A stretch of DNA of 64,000 bases, from contig DATNEN010000137.1 in assembly GCA_035552975.1 (NCBI GenBank), positions 159-64,158 of the forward strand, given 5' to 3'. The notes under the pieces were generated by a model. The model was given only the letters and a program-made list of their open reading frames with translations. It did not search any database and was not told the origin of the DNA. Shown piece by piece: positions 9,927 through 19,443 of the stretch. This stretch comes from Steroidobacteraceae bacterium. Lineage in GTDB: Bacteria; Pseudomonadota; Gammaproteobacteria; Steroidobacterales; Steroidobacteraceae. Made by a program: the position numbers and the translations under genes. The stretch's first letter is position 1, and every line of letters begins with the position of its first letter.

Positions 9927-11222
9927 CTATGCGGCAGTAGCGGCTCGCGTCACTTCATCCAGCGCCTGCTCCAGCAGGTGAAAGCCTTCTTTCAGCAGGG
10001 CGTCGGAAATGGTCAGCGGCGCCAGGAAGCGGATGATGTTGGCGTTCATTCCACAGGAGAGCAGGATCAGTCCGCGCCGTCCGGCGGCCTGTACCAGCGC
10101 GCGCGTCGTGGCCGGGTCGGGCGCGTCGGGCCGGCCGTTCCGCACCAACTCGATGGCCACCATGGCGCCGGTGTTGCGCACTTCGCCGATTCCGGGGAAG
10201 CGCGCCTGCAGGCCCTTCAGCCGCGAGCTCATGAAATTGCCGATGTGATTGGCGCGCTGGAGCAGATTCTCGTGGCGGATCACTTCCAGAACCGCAAGCC
10301 CCGCGGCGCACGCCAGCGGTGAGCCGGCGAAGGTTCCACCGAGCGCGCCGGCCTCCGGACTATCCATGACGTCGGCCTTGCCGATGACTGCGGACAAGGG
10401 CACGCCGCCGGCGATGCTCTTGGCGACGGTCATCAGGTCCGGCTCGACGCCGGAGTGCTCGATCGCAAACATCCGTCCGGTGCGGCCAAACCCGGCCTGC
10501 ACTTCATCCGCAATCAGCACGATCCCATGCTGATTGCAGACCTCGCGCAACTTGCGCAACAGCTCCGCGGGAGCGGCGTAGAAGCCGCCTTCTCCGAGCA
10601 CCGGCTCGATGATGATCGCGGCGACCCGCTTCGGATCGATGTCCGCCTTGAACAGCTCGTCCAGCGCATCGAGCGCATGCTCGACGGTCACCCCGTGATA
10701 AGCCATCGGGAAGGGCAGGTGATACACCTCCGGAAGCATCGGGCCGAAGCCGGCCTTGTAGGGTTTCACCTTGCCGGTGAGGCCGATGCAGGCGAGCGTG
10801 CGGCCATGGAAGCCGCCGGTGAAGGCGATGACTCCGGCGCGCCCCGTGTGGAAGCGGGCGATCTTGATCGCGTTCTCCACCGCCTCCGCACCGGTGGTCA
10901 GGAACAGGGTCTTCTTCGGGGTCTTGCCGGGGGCGGCTTCATTGAGCTTCTCGGCGAGCGCGACGTAACTCTCGTACGGCGTCACCTGGAAGCAGGCGTG
11001 CGTGATTTTCTCCAGTTGCTGCGCCAGGGCTTCCTTCACCTTCGCGTGCAGGTGTCCGGTGTTGAGCACGGAAATGCCCGATCCGAAATCGATGTAGCGG
11101 CGTCCTTCGACGTCCCACACTTCGGCGTTGGCGGCGCGCTCCGCGTAGATGGCGAGCGAGTTCGAGACGCCGCGCGGAATCGCATTCTGGCGGCGGGCCT
11201 GCAGGTCGGCGTTCGAGGTCAA
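9927..11222 (-). CDS. gabT: 4-aminobutyrate--2-oxoglutarate aminotransferase (class III PLP aminotransferase)
   Basis: GabT-like over its full length (NSLAIYAERAANAEVWDVEGRRYIDF…, EPVLGEGGF, DEVQAGFGRTG, TVAKSIAGG). The long 566-aa ORF has no homology upstream. A TTG at 11222 preceded by AAAGGAA gives a typical 431-aa protein. Confidence 0.85.
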   Translation of the reverse strand: MTSNADLQARRQNAIPRGVSNSLAIYAERAANAEVWDVEGRRYIDFGSGISVLNTGHLHAKVKEALAQQLEKITHACFQVTPYESYVALAEKLNEAAPGKTPKKTLFLTTGAEAVENAIKIARFHTGRAGVIAFTGGFHGRTLACIGLTGKVKPYKAGFGPMLPEVYHLPFPMAYHGVTVEHALDALDELFKADIDPKRVAAIIIEPVLGEGGFYAAPAELLRKLREVCNQHGIVLIADEVQAGFGRTGRMFAIEHSGVEPDLMTVAKSIAGGVPLSAVIGKADVMDSPEAGALGGTFAGSPLACAAGLAVLEVIRHENLLQRANHIGNFMSSRLKGLQARFPGIGEVRNTGAMVAIELVRNGRPDAPDPATTRALVQAAGRRGLILLSCGMNANIIRFLAPLTISDALLKEGFHLLEQALDEVTRAATAA

Positions 11223-11433
11223 TTCCGTTCCTTTGCGGCGCGAGGCTCGCGGTGCGTCCGGCCCACTCCGATGGCGGCCGAGGCATTCTGCCCCATTCCT
11301 GGCGCACAAAGCGCCGGTTTGGGGACGATCCCGGCCGTTTTTGCGCGATCTTCGGCGCGGATGCGGCTGCGTCCGGGACCCTCTACAATAAGTGAATTTG
11401 AACTCGCCCATTTCGGGCTGACGGAAACCACCC

Positions 11434-12498
11434 GTGTCGATAGCCGATACTGCCGCGAGCGCCCCTGCCGCGGCCGCCATCCAGACCGAAGTTCTCATCA
11501 TTGGCGCCGGGCCTTGCGGGCTCTTCGAGGTGTTCGAGCTGGGCCTGCTCGGAATCGGCGCGCACGTCGTCGACTCCCTGGGAGTTCCCGGCGGACAGTG
11601 CGCCGAGCTGTATCCGGAGAAGCCCATCTACGACATCCCTGCGTTGCCGGTCTGCGGCGCGCAGGAGCTCGTCGACCGGCTGCTCGAGCAGATCAAGCCC
11701 TTCAACGCGAAGCTGCACCTCGGTCAGGAAGTGAGCGAGCTGAAGAAACGTGATAACGGCCGCTTCACGGTGCGCACCTCGGCGGGAACGGAGTTCGACG
11801 CCGGCGCCGTGGTGCTCGCCGCCGGACTCGGATCGTTTCAACCGCGGCGGATCGGCATCGAAGGCGCGGAAGTCTACGAGGGCTCGGCCCTCCACTACCG
11901 GGTGAGGGAATCGCGCACTCTGGACGGCCAGCGGCTCGTCATCTTCGGCGGCGGCGACTCCGCCCTGGACTGGACGCTCGAGCTGGCGCCGCGGGCGCGC
12001 AGCCTGACGCTGGTGCACCGCCGTGCCGAGTTCCGCGCAGCGCCTGCGTCCGTGGCCAAGATGCGGGAGCTCGTCTCGGCGGGACGAATGCAACTGCTGG
12101 AGGCTCTTCCGCATTCGTTCATCAACGAGGGCGCAGAATTGCGTGGTGTGAACGTCAAGGCCGCCGATGGCGCCTTGCATGCGCTGGAGGCGGACCGGTT
12201 GCTGGTGTTCTTCGGACTGCATCCGAAGCTTGGTCCGATTGCGGAGTGGGGCCTGGAGCTGGAGAGGAAGGCGTTGAAAGTCGATACGGAGAAGTTTCAG
12301 ACCAGCTTGCCGGGGGTGTTCGCCATCGGCGATATCAACACCTATCCGGGCAAGAAGAAGCTGATCCTGTCGGGCTTCCACGAGGCAGCGCTCGCCGCCT
12401 TCGGCGTGCAGCACTATCTGTATCCGGCGAAGAAACAGTTCCTGCAGTACACCACCACCAGCCCGATCATGCATCAGCGGCTGGGTGTCCCGGATTGA
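11434..12498 (+). CDS. Ferredoxin--NADP(+) reductase, thioredoxin-reductase-like type
   Basis: 354 aa. Has the GAGPCGLF dinucleotide fold, PGGQCAELYPEKPIYDIPA, and a second GGGDSALDW motif characteristic of TrxR-like FNRs. Confidence 0.85.
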   Translation: MSIADTAASAPAAAAIQTEVLIIGAGPCGLFEVFELGLLGIGAHVVDSLGVPGGQCAELYPEKPIYDIPALPVCGAQELVDRLLEQIKPFNAKLHLGQEVSELKKRDNGRFTVRTSAGTEFDAGAVVLAAGLGSFQPRRIGIEGAEVYEGSALHYRVRESRTLDGQRLVIFGGGDSALDWTLELAPRARSLTLVHRRAEFRAAPASVAKMRELVSAGRMQLLEALPHSFINEGAELRGVNVKAADGALHALEADRLLVFFGLHPKLGPIAEWGLELERKALKVDTEKFQTSLPGVFAIGDINTYPGKKKLILSGFHEAALAAFGVQHYLYPAKKQFLQYTTTSPIMHQRLGVPD

Positions 12499-12533
12499 TC
12501 GCCACCCCCTTTTTTGCTCAAGAGGTACGTACG

Positions 12534-13004
12534 ATGAAGATGATGCGGTATGCGCTCGTTGCGGCAGCCCTGCTCGGCGCCCAGTCACTGCTGGTCGCGA
12601 CACCGGCCGCCGCGGCGGACAAGGTTTGCAAGCTAGAGATCACCGGCAACGACCAGATGCAGTACTCGGCGAAGTCGTTGAGTGTTCCGGCCGACTGCAC
12701 GCAGGTGCAGCTCACGCTGAAGCACATCGGCCAGCTCCCGAAGGAGGCGATGGGCCACAACTGGGTGTTGGTGAAGACATCCGATCTCACCGCCGTCGCC
12801 AATGCGGGGTTGACCGCCGGTCCTGCCAACAGCTACGTCACGCCCGGCGACAAGCGCGTCATTGCGCATACGAAGACCATCGGCGGCGGCCAGTCGGACA
12901 CGATCACCTTCCCGACCAAGGGTCTGGCGGGCCAGGATCTGTCGTACCTGTGCACTTTCCCCGGCCATAACGCCCTGATGCACGGCACGTTCAAAGTCGG
13001 CTGA
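12534..13004 (+). CDS. azu: Azurin (periplasmic blue copper protein)
   Basis: An internal ATG at 12534 follows AGAGG. Signal peptide, then CKLEITGNDQMQY…MGHNWVL…CTFPGHNALMHG (Cu ligands His/Cys/His/Met). Confidence 0.9.
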   Translation: MKMMRYALVAAALLGAQSLLVATPAAAADKVCKLEITGNDQMQYSAKSLSVPADCTQVQLTLKHIGQLPKEAMGHNWVLVKTSDLTAVANAGLTAGPANSYVTPGDKRVIAHTKTIGGGQSDTITFPTKGLAGQDLSYLCTFPGHNALMHGTFKVG

Positions 13005-13897
13005 TGAGCGCGCGCGCGCCGGGCTCGGGGGATGCTCTCGACCCGCGACTGAGCGATCTGCTGAAGCTGCTGGAGCTCGAGCCCCTGGAGGTGAATCTCT
13101 TCAGGGGCGAGAGCCGCGACATCGGCAGTCCGCAGGTGTTCGGCGGACAGGTGCTGGGCCAGGCACTCAGCGCCGCATACGCGACGATCGAGGAGCGTGT
13201 CGTGCATTCGCTGCACGCGTATTTCCTGCGCCGCGGCGACTTCAACGCTCCGATCGTCTATCAGGTCGATCGCAGCCTGGATGGCCACAGCTTCTCCAAC
13301 CGTCGGGTGGTCGCCATCCAGCATGGCGCGCCGATTTTCAACATGGCCGCCTCGTTCCAGATCCCCGAGGCCGGCTTCGATCACCAGATCGACATGCCGG
13401 ACGTGCCGCCGCCGGAGTCGCTCACCGACTCCTCGCGTCCGCCACCGGAGCTGCTGGCGCGACTGAATGAGCGGATGCGCCGCTTCGTGGAGCAACCGCG
13501 GCCATTCGAGTTCCGCAGCGTGCAGCCGCTGGACTTCATCAGTCCGCGCGGTGCCCTGCCCGCGCGGCAGGTATGGTTCCGGGCCGTGGGCCGGGTTCCG
13601 GACGGGGAGAAGCTGCACCGCTGTCTGCTCGCCTATGTCTCCGATTATTTTCTGCTCGATACGGCCACGCTGCCGCACGGCGCCTCCCGCTTCAACGGCT
13701 CCCTCATCATGGCTAGTATCGATCACGCAATGTGGTTTCATCGTCCGCTGCGCGTTGACGAGTGGCTTCTGTATGCCGTAGAGAGCCCCAGTGCCTCCGG
13801 TGCGCGCGGCTTCGCTCGCGCGAGCGTGTTTTCTCGCGACGGACGCTTGGTCGCCAGCACGGCACAGGAAGGGCTCGTGCGGCCGAAGAAGACTTAG
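13004..13897 (+). CDS. tesB: Acyl-CoA thioesterase II
   Basis: 297 aa. LLELEPLEVNLFRG…VFGGQVLGQAL…HSLHAYFLRRGD matches the TesB double hot-dog fold. Its ATG overlaps the azurin TGA (TGATG). Confidence 0.85.
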   Translation: MSARAPGSGDALDPRLSDLLKLLELEPLEVNLFRGESRDIGSPQVFGGQVLGQALSAAYATIEERVVHSLHAYFLRRGDFNAPIVYQVDRSLDGHSFSNRRVVAIQHGAPIFNMAASFQIPEAGFDHQIDMPDVPPPESLTDSSRPPPELLARLNERMRRFVEQPRPFEFRSVQPLDFISPRGALPARQVWFRAVGRVPDGEKLHRCLLAYVSDYFLLDTATLPHGASRFNGSLIMASIDHAMWFHRPLRVDEWLLYAVESPSASGARGFARASVFSRDGRLVASTAQEGLVRPKKT

Positions 13898-13905
13898 GCA
13901 AAAGG

Positions 13906-14964
13906 ATGCTGTTGTTCGCGGGTCTTGCAGCGGTGGCGGTCGGAGCTGGCGCCGATGTCGCGCTGCTGGAGAAACTGTGGCCGGGGCTGCACGACTCCAC
14001 CGAACAGACCGTCGTCAACAGCGATCGCGGGCTGGTGGGTTGGACCGATGGAATCGAGCATCGCGTGCGCACGGTCGTGGCGCCGGTGCACGTGCCCTGG
14101 CTGGGCCCGAATGTCCTGTATCTCGAGGAGTTCTATCAGGACGAGCCGGATCAGCTGCGCCGCCAGGTGTTGCTGCAGCTGCAGCGTCAGGGCCCGCCGG
14201 AGGCCGCCGTCCGCGTGCACCTGTTCTCCTTCGTGCGGCCGGGCGAGTGGAGCCATCTGGATCGCCGGCCCGAGGTGGCCTCGAAGCTGCAGCCGGGCGA
14301 TGTGTTGGAGAACAGCGGCTGCGATCTGGTGCTGGCGAAGGATGGCGATCAGTTCATCGGCGGCACGATCGGTCACGGCTGCGCGGACTCCAGAGGCGGC
14401 GGCGAGCGTTATGTCGACTACCAGCTGGTGATCGGGCCGGATATCTACTGGTATCACCGGCGCGTGCTCACCCTCAAGGGCGACGATCTGCGGGAGGAGG
14501 TCATCGGCTACAACTGGTTCGAGCTGAACGAGGCGACGCTGTTCACCTGCCGCATCGACTGGTCGCCCACCGGCAAGGCGCGCGACCTGAGGCCGCTGCG
14601 ACGGCTCGATCTGCGCGACGAAGGCGGCCGTGCGCAGTTCTCCACCCCCGACGGACGCACGCTCGATCTGGTGCTGCACAGCCAGGATTGGCCGTTTCTG
14701 GGCGAACGCGACGCCTTGATCCTGATGGTGCAGGAGGAGCGGCGGCCGCAGCCCGTCACCGTGGGCTCCGCATGGTCGGAGATCGACACGCAGAACGTTT
14801 CCCTGCAGTTGGATTGGCTGCGCGTACGGTGCGGCCCGCTGGCGCCGGATACGGATGAGCTCAGCGGCGCGTTGCTGCGCCCTGAGGCAAGCTCGTCCGC
14901 GGTGGGACACCACCCCCGGCCTTCTGCGCCAGAGTCGCGAGATCCCGCAGCAGCACCGGGTTGA
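13906..14964 (+). CDS. CpcT/CpeT-like (DUF1001) domain protein with an extra C-terminal domain
   Basis: ATG 13906 follows AAAGGA. The N-terminal ~215 aa follow the CpcT pattern (LYLEEFYQDEP…RRQV, GCDLVL…F.G….GC, WG-type WFEL end). The C-terminal ~135 aa are of unknown type. The opposite-strand ORF 13894..14976 has shadow-ORF composition. Confidence 0.5.
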   Translation: MLLFAGLAAVAVGAGADVALLEKLWPGLHDSTEQTVVNSDRGLVGWTDGIEHRVRTVVAPVHVPWLGPNVLYLEEFYQDEPDQLRRQVLLQLQRQGPPEAAVRVHLFSFVRPGEWSHLDRRPEVASKLQPGDVLENSGCDLVLAKDGDQFIGGTIGHGCADSRGGGERYVDYQLVIGPDIYWYHRRVLTLKGDDLREEVIGYNWFELNEATLFTCRIDWSPTGKARDLRPLRRLDLRDEGGRAQFSTPDGRTLDLVLHSQDWPFLGERDALILMVQEERRPQPVTVGSAWSEIDTQNVSLQLDWLRVRCGPLAPDTDELSGALLRPEASSSAVGHHPRPSAPESRDPAAAPG

Positions 14965-15844
14965 AGCGTGCCGCATCGTCCATCATCAGGAAATGACTGG
15001 TGTGCGGGATCACCTCCGCCGTGAAGTCCGGGAGCGACTTGCGGATGCGGGCGGTATCGGTGGGCTCGAGGTCGGAGTTGATGGCCATCACCGGCACGTG
15101 AATGTCCGCGACGATCGGCGCGAGGTCGGTGCTCAGCAGCGCTTCCATGGACGCCACCGCGACGGCCGGTGAAGCGAGGGACATGTCGTAGGCGACCTTG
15201 TTCACGAACTGCAGGTTGGCGTCCTTCGGAAAGAGCGAGGCGGCGACGAACTTGCGCGTCTCGCCGATGAAATCCTTGCGAAAGGCATCGACCCGCGTCT
15301 CGATCTGCTTCTGCGGCAGCGGCGGCTGGCCGATGCTCTTCAAGGCATCGACGGCAATGATGCCGATGACCCGGTCACCGATGCGGCGCGTCGCCTCCAG
15401 CGCCACCAGGCCTCCCATGGAATGTCCGACCAGCACGACCTGGCGATGCGGAAGCTGGCGTACGACCGAGGCCACATCCTCCCCGTAGTTGCCCATCGAC
15501 CAGTCCGAGCGATTCTTGCCGGAGGCGCCGTGTCCTGCGAGATCGACCAGCACGACGCTGTAGTGAGCGGCTTTCAGTGCAGGGGTCTGTGCGTTCCAGT
15601 AGTTCTCATTGCACGCCCAGCCGTGGATCAGAACGACAGCCGGGTCGCCGTGTCCATAGATGCGGTACTCGATGTGCACCCCGTCCGCCGAGTTGACGAG
15701 GAGGGGTGCGCCCTCCACGTACGGTGCCGGCGCAACTGTCGCCCCGGACGCCGTGTCGGCGGACGACGACGGCGGCGAGCCGTTCCTGTTGCATCCGGCC
15801 GTGCACGCCGCGATCAGCAGCCCGATCCACACTTTCCGCATCAT
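14861..15844 (-). CDS. alpha/beta-fold hydrolase lipoprotein
   Basis: Lipobox (LLIAAC/TAGC). HGW oxyanion motif (VVLIHGWACN) and GHSMGG nucleophile elbow. Its 3' end overlaps the convergent CpcT-like gene by 104 nt. Confidence 0.75.
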   Translation of the reverse strand: MMRKVWIGLLIAACTAGCNRNGSPPSSSADTASGATVAPAPYVEGAPLLVNSADGVHIEYRIYGHGDPAVVLIHGWACNENYWNAQTPALKAAHYSVVLVDLAGHGASGKNRSDWSMGNYGEDVASVVRQLPHRQVVLVGHSMGGLVALEATRRIGDRVIGIIAVDALKSIGQPPLPQKQIETRVDAFRKDFIGETRKFVAASLFPKDANLQFVNKVAYDMSLASPAVAVASMEALLSTDLAPIVADIHVPVMAINSDLEPTDTARIRKSLPDFTAEVIPHTSHFLMMDDAARFNPVLLRDLATLAQKAGGGVPPRTSLPQGAATRR

Positions 15845-15894
15845 GCTCGCACTCCTGATCCCGCGACATCATAGTCGCAAGACCCGCGCGAATG

Positions 15895-17301
15895 TCATAT
15901 GCGGCGCAGCACCTTGCCAGGATTGAGAATTGCGTTCGGGTCCAGGGCGTGTTTGAGCGCGCGCATCAGATCCAGCTCCACCGGCGAGGCATAGCGCTCC
16001 AGCTCACCTACTTTGAGCCGGCCGATGCCGTGCTCGGCACTGAAGCTGCCTCCGAGCTCGCGCACCATGTCGTGAATGGCGCGCTCGATCTTCGCCCCGC
16101 GGGCGATAAACTCCTCGCGGACGGCGCCCGGAGCCTGGTTCAGGTTGAAGTGGAGGTTGCCGTCGCCAACGTGGCCGTAGGCAACGAGCCGCCCGTCGGG
16201 CACGTTCTCCTCTACCCATTTCGCCGCGCGCTCCACGAATGCCGGCAGGCTGGCGATGGGGACCGAGACATCGTGCTTGAGGCTGCCACCATCGAGCCGC
16301 TGCGCTTCCGGAATCGTCTCGCGCATCTTCCACAGGGCGCTGCGTTCGCGCTCGTTGCTCGCAAGCGCCGCATCCACAACGAGCCCATCCGTGAGCGCTG
16401 CGCCCAGTGCCTCCTGCAGGACGGTGTCGAGAGGGTCCGAAGCGCGTGAGGAGGTGAGCTCGCACAGCACGTACCATGAGTACGCCCGATCCAGCGGGTC
16501 CGACACGCCGGGGATGTGTTTGGTCGTGAGCTCGATGGCGATGCGGGGAATCAGCTCGAAGGAGCTGACCCGGTCGCCGCTCGTCTCGCGCAGCCGTGCC
16601 AGCAGAGCGACCGCCGAGCGCACGTCCGGCACTGCGACGAGGGCCGTCGCCGCGGCGCGTATTTTTGGGAAGAGCTTCAGGCTCGCCGCCGTGATCACTC
16701 CGAGGGTGCCTTCGGCGCCGAGGAACAGCGACTTGATGTCGTAGCCGGTGTTGTCTTTGCGCAGCGCGGTCAGGCTCGACAGCAGGCGGCCGTCGGCCAG
16801 CACGACCTCGAGCCCAAGCACCAGGTCCCGCATCATCCCGTAGCGCAGGACACCGGTGCCGCCCGCGTTGGTCGACAGGTTGCCGCCGATCTGACAGCTC
16901 CCCTGGGAGCCGAGAGTGAGCGGGAAGAAACGTTCGGCCTCGTCTGCCTTGCCCTGCACGTCCGCGAGCACGCAGCCCGCCTCGGCAATGAGGGAGTAGT
17001 TCAAGGGGTCGAGACTGCGAATACGGTTGAGCCGCTGCAGCGACAGGACGATCTGACTGCCGCTCTCGTCAGGCGTCGCGCCCCCGCAATAGCTGGTGTT
17101 GCCGCCGTGAGGGACTACGCCGACGCGTTGCTCGTTGCAGGAAGCCAGCAGCTTCGAGATCTGTTCGACGGAGCGTGGCAGCGCGACGCCCAGCGCGCGC
17201 CCGCGATACAGCCGTCGATGGTCGACGAGGTAGGGCTCGACGTCGGACGGCAGTGTCAGCCAGCCATCCGCGCCGAGAATGTCAATGAAGGGGGGCGGCA
17301 C
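15895..17301 (-). CDS. FAD-linked oxidase (GlcD / D-lactate / D-2-hydroxyacid dehydrogenase family)
   Basis: 468 aa with a GTG start. FAD-binding PCMH domain (VVPHGGNTSYCGG) and the C-terminal FSAEHGIGRLK…LDPNAILNPGK motif. Confidence 0.8.
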   Translation of the reverse strand: MPPPFIDILGADGWLTLPSDVEPYLVDHRRLYRGRALGVALPRSVEQISKLLASCNEQRVGVVPHGGNTSYCGGATPDESGSQIVLSLQRLNRIRSLDPLNYSLIAEAGCVLADVQGKADEAERFFPLTLGSQGSCQIGGNLSTNAGGTGVLRYGMMRDLVLGLEVVLADGRLLSSLTALRKDNTGYDIKSLFLGAEGTLGVITAASLKLFPKIRAAATALVAVPDVRSAVALLARLRETSGDRVSSFELIPRIAIELTTKHIPGVSDPLDRAYSWYVLCELTSSRASDPLDTVLQEALGAALTDGLVVDAALASNERERSALWKMRETIPEAQRLDGGSLKHDVSVPIASLPAFVERAAKWVEENVPDGRLVAYGHVGDGNLHFNLNQAPGAVREEFIARGAKIERAIHDMVRELGGSFSAEHGIGRLKVGELERYASPVELDLMRALKHALDPNAILNPGKVLRRI

Positions 17302-17316
17302 GCAGGGCCGGGAACA

Positions 17317-18201
17317 TCACTGCAGCGAGGCGGCACGCAGGGCTGCGATCCGCTCATCCAGCGGCGGGTGGCTCATCCACAGCCGCGCAAACCCGCCGGT
17401 CGCCTTGCCGCCGGCAATGCCGAAGTTGGCGAACTGCTGTGCGGGCAACGGCTCGTGGGCCGACTTCAGAGCCTCCAGCGCGGCGATCATGTTAGCGGTG
17501 CCGGCGAGCTTGGCTCCGCCGCGGTCGGCGCGGAACTCACGCCAACGCGAGAACGCAAGGACGATGAGCGTGGCGAGGATGCTGAAGACGATCTCGGAGA
17601 CGAAAACACAGATGAAGTAAGCCGGACCGCGCCCTTCCTCGGAGCGGAACAGAGCCTTGTCCACGAGGTTGCCGACGATCCGGGACAGGAACAGCACGAA
17701 CGTGTTGACCACGCCCTGTATGAGGGTCAGTGTGACCATATCCCCGTTGGCGACGTGCGTGATCTCATGACCGAGGACTGCCTGGACTTCGCGCTCGTCC
17801 ATCCTCTGCAGCAAACCCGTGCTGACCGCCACCAGAGCTGCGTCGCGCCGCGCTCCGGTCGCGAAAGCGTTCGGCTCGGGTGAATCGAAGACTCCAACCT
17901 CGGGCATGCCGATGCCTGCCGCGCGGGCGTGGCTTGCAACGGTCTCCACGAGCCAGCGCTCAGTCGGCGTCGTGGGGTTCTCGATCACCTGCACCCCCAT
18001 GGTCGTCTTCGCCATCCATTTGGAAATGGCGAGGGAGATGAACGACCCGCCGAAGCCGAACACGGCCGCCCAGGCGAGCAGCGCAGGGAGGCTGCCGCCC
18101 TGCTGGGCCAGCCACTGATCGATCCCCAGCAGGCGGCACACGACGGACAGCACCAGCAGGATGGCGAAGTTGGTCGCGAGGAACAGGATGATGCGTTTCA
18201 T
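17317..18201 (-). CDS. htpX: Membrane zinc metalloprotease HtpX
   Basis: 294 aa. [11 protein letters not shown]… N-terminus, [11 protein letters not shown] (HExxH) and four TM segments. Confidence 0.9.
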   Translation of the reverse strand: MKRIILFLATNFAILLVLSVVCRLLGIDQWLAQQGGSLPALLAWAAVFGFGGSFISLAISKWMAKTTMGVQVIENPTTPTERWLVETVASHARAAGIGMPEVGVFDSPEPNAFATGARRDAALVAVSTGLLQRMDEREVQAVLGHEITHVANGDMVTLTLIQGVVNTFVLFLSRIVGNLVDKALFRSEEGRGPAYFICVFVSEIVFSILATLIVLAFSRWREFRADRGGAKLAGTANMIAALEALKSAHEPLPAQQFANFGIAGGKATGGFARLWMSHPPLDERIAALRAASLQ

Positions 18202-18231
18202 GGCAGGAGCACCCAGTGGGGTTGCAGCGAT

Positions 18232-18261
18232 ACCTTGGGGCGGGCGGGGCGCGGTTTCAAG
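18232..18261 (-). promoter_or_regulatory. Candidate sigma-32 (RpoH) heat-shock promoter of htpX
   Basis: The minus strand reads CTTGAAA-N14-CCCCAAGGT, against the E. coli consensus CTTGAAA-N13-14-CCCCATNT. The -10 element ends about 30 nt upstream of the htpX ATG. Confidence 0.45.
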
Positions 18262-18321
18262 TGGCTGGAGGCGGGAAGTTTTCGATCTGTAAGTAATTGA
18301 ATATCTGATGAATACAGTACC

Positions 18322-19140
18322 CTAGCCGACGGCGATGCCGATGGCACGGCCCACCAGAAAGCTGACCAGTCCGGCGCCCCCGCCGATGAGCACCATTCGC
18401 AGGGCCCCCCGCCAGGCGCCGCGTCCGGTGAACAGGCTCAAGGTCATGCCGACGATGAAGAGGGAGACTGCCGTGAACGCGGCTGTCCCGACCACCGCGG
18501 CGGTGCCGTGGAATCGCAGCATGAAAGGAATCAGGGGCACCGCGGCGCCGCTGGCGAATGCCAGGAACGAGGAGGTCGCCGCTCCCCAGGGCGAACCGAG
18601 GTCATCGGGATTCAGTCCGAGCTCCTCGCGCGCGAGCACATCCAGGGCCTGATCGGGACGCGCCAACAGCGCCTTGCTCACCTCGCGCGCCTGTTCCAGC
18701 TCCACCCCGCGTGCCTGATAGATCAACGCGAGCTCTTCGGCTTCCTCCTCCGGGTATTCGGCGACTTCCGCGCGCTCGAGTGCGATCTGGTACTCGTACA
18801 TCTCACGCTGCGACCGAACCGAGACATATTCCCCAGCCGCCATGGACAATGCGCCCGCCAGAAGGCCGGCGAGGCCCGTCATCAACACGTAACTACTCTG
18901 TGTTCCGGCGCCGGCGACGCCAAGCACGAGACTGGCGTTGGAGACCAGTCCGTCGTTCACGCCGAACACGGAGGCGCGCAGATTCCCGCCGATGCCGCGG
19001 CGGTGGCGGGCACCGACGTCCGCAACAGTGGTTGGCATCGCATGGCCGGCGACTGCGATGGGCGCGCTATAGACGGATAGGCCGCGCAGTTTCATAGCCG
19101 CCAGCACCGAGCGCACGGACGGTGGCCCGAAATGGCGCAC
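18322..19140 (-). CDS. VIT1/CCC1-family iron/manganese transporter (minimal call from the first canonical start; see findings for a 101-codon start-less upstream extension)
   Basis: [21 protein letters not shown] plus a C-terminal TM bundle. GTG 19140 is the first ATG/GTG/TTG in the frame, with ATG 19095 and ATG 19038 as alternatives. The frame stays open up to TAG 19444-19446. Confidence 0.75.
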   Translation of the reverse strand: MRHFGPPSVRSVLAAMKLRGLSVYSAPIAVAGHAMPTTVADVGARHRRGIGGNLRASVFGVNDGLVSNASLVLGVAGAGTQSSYVLMTGLAGLLAGALSMAAGEYVSVRSQREMYEYQIALERAEVAEYPEEEAEELALIYQARGVELEQAREVSKALLARPDQALDVLAREELGLNPDDLGSPWGAATSSFLAFASGAAVPLIPFMLRFHGTAAVVGTAAFTAVSLFIVGMTLSLFTGRGAWRGALRMVLIGGGAGLVSFLVGRAIGIAVG

Positions 19141-19443
19141 GAGCTGCGCGACGATGCGTGCTCGGAGATTGGGAACGAATGTTCCTGAGGCGCCCGGGAT
19201 GGAGGTGCCGGCGCGTTGCGCGGATTGCTCCCACTTCGCCGCCTGCTCTTCCGCGGCGGCCGCCAGTGCCAGGAATAAGCGGCTCCGGTGGGCGTGCGGC
19301 TCGGCGGCGGCGACCTGGCGATACAGCCAGGCCGACTCTTTCTCGTGGTACCAACTCGTCGCCGCGGAATTGCCGCGCGCGGCGTGGGGCGTCGATTCGC
19401 GCGCCCGTGGGTCGACTCGGCTGTCGATGGGGCTCGTCAGGGG

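Noticed and set aside
11223-11627. 135-codon N-terminal extension of the gabT ORF
   Set aside because: The translation there is Arg/Pro/Ser-rich, with no aminotransferase homology, and it would span the divergent promoter region. The TTG at 11222, with an AAAGGAA Shine-Dalgarno, gives a normal-length GabT.
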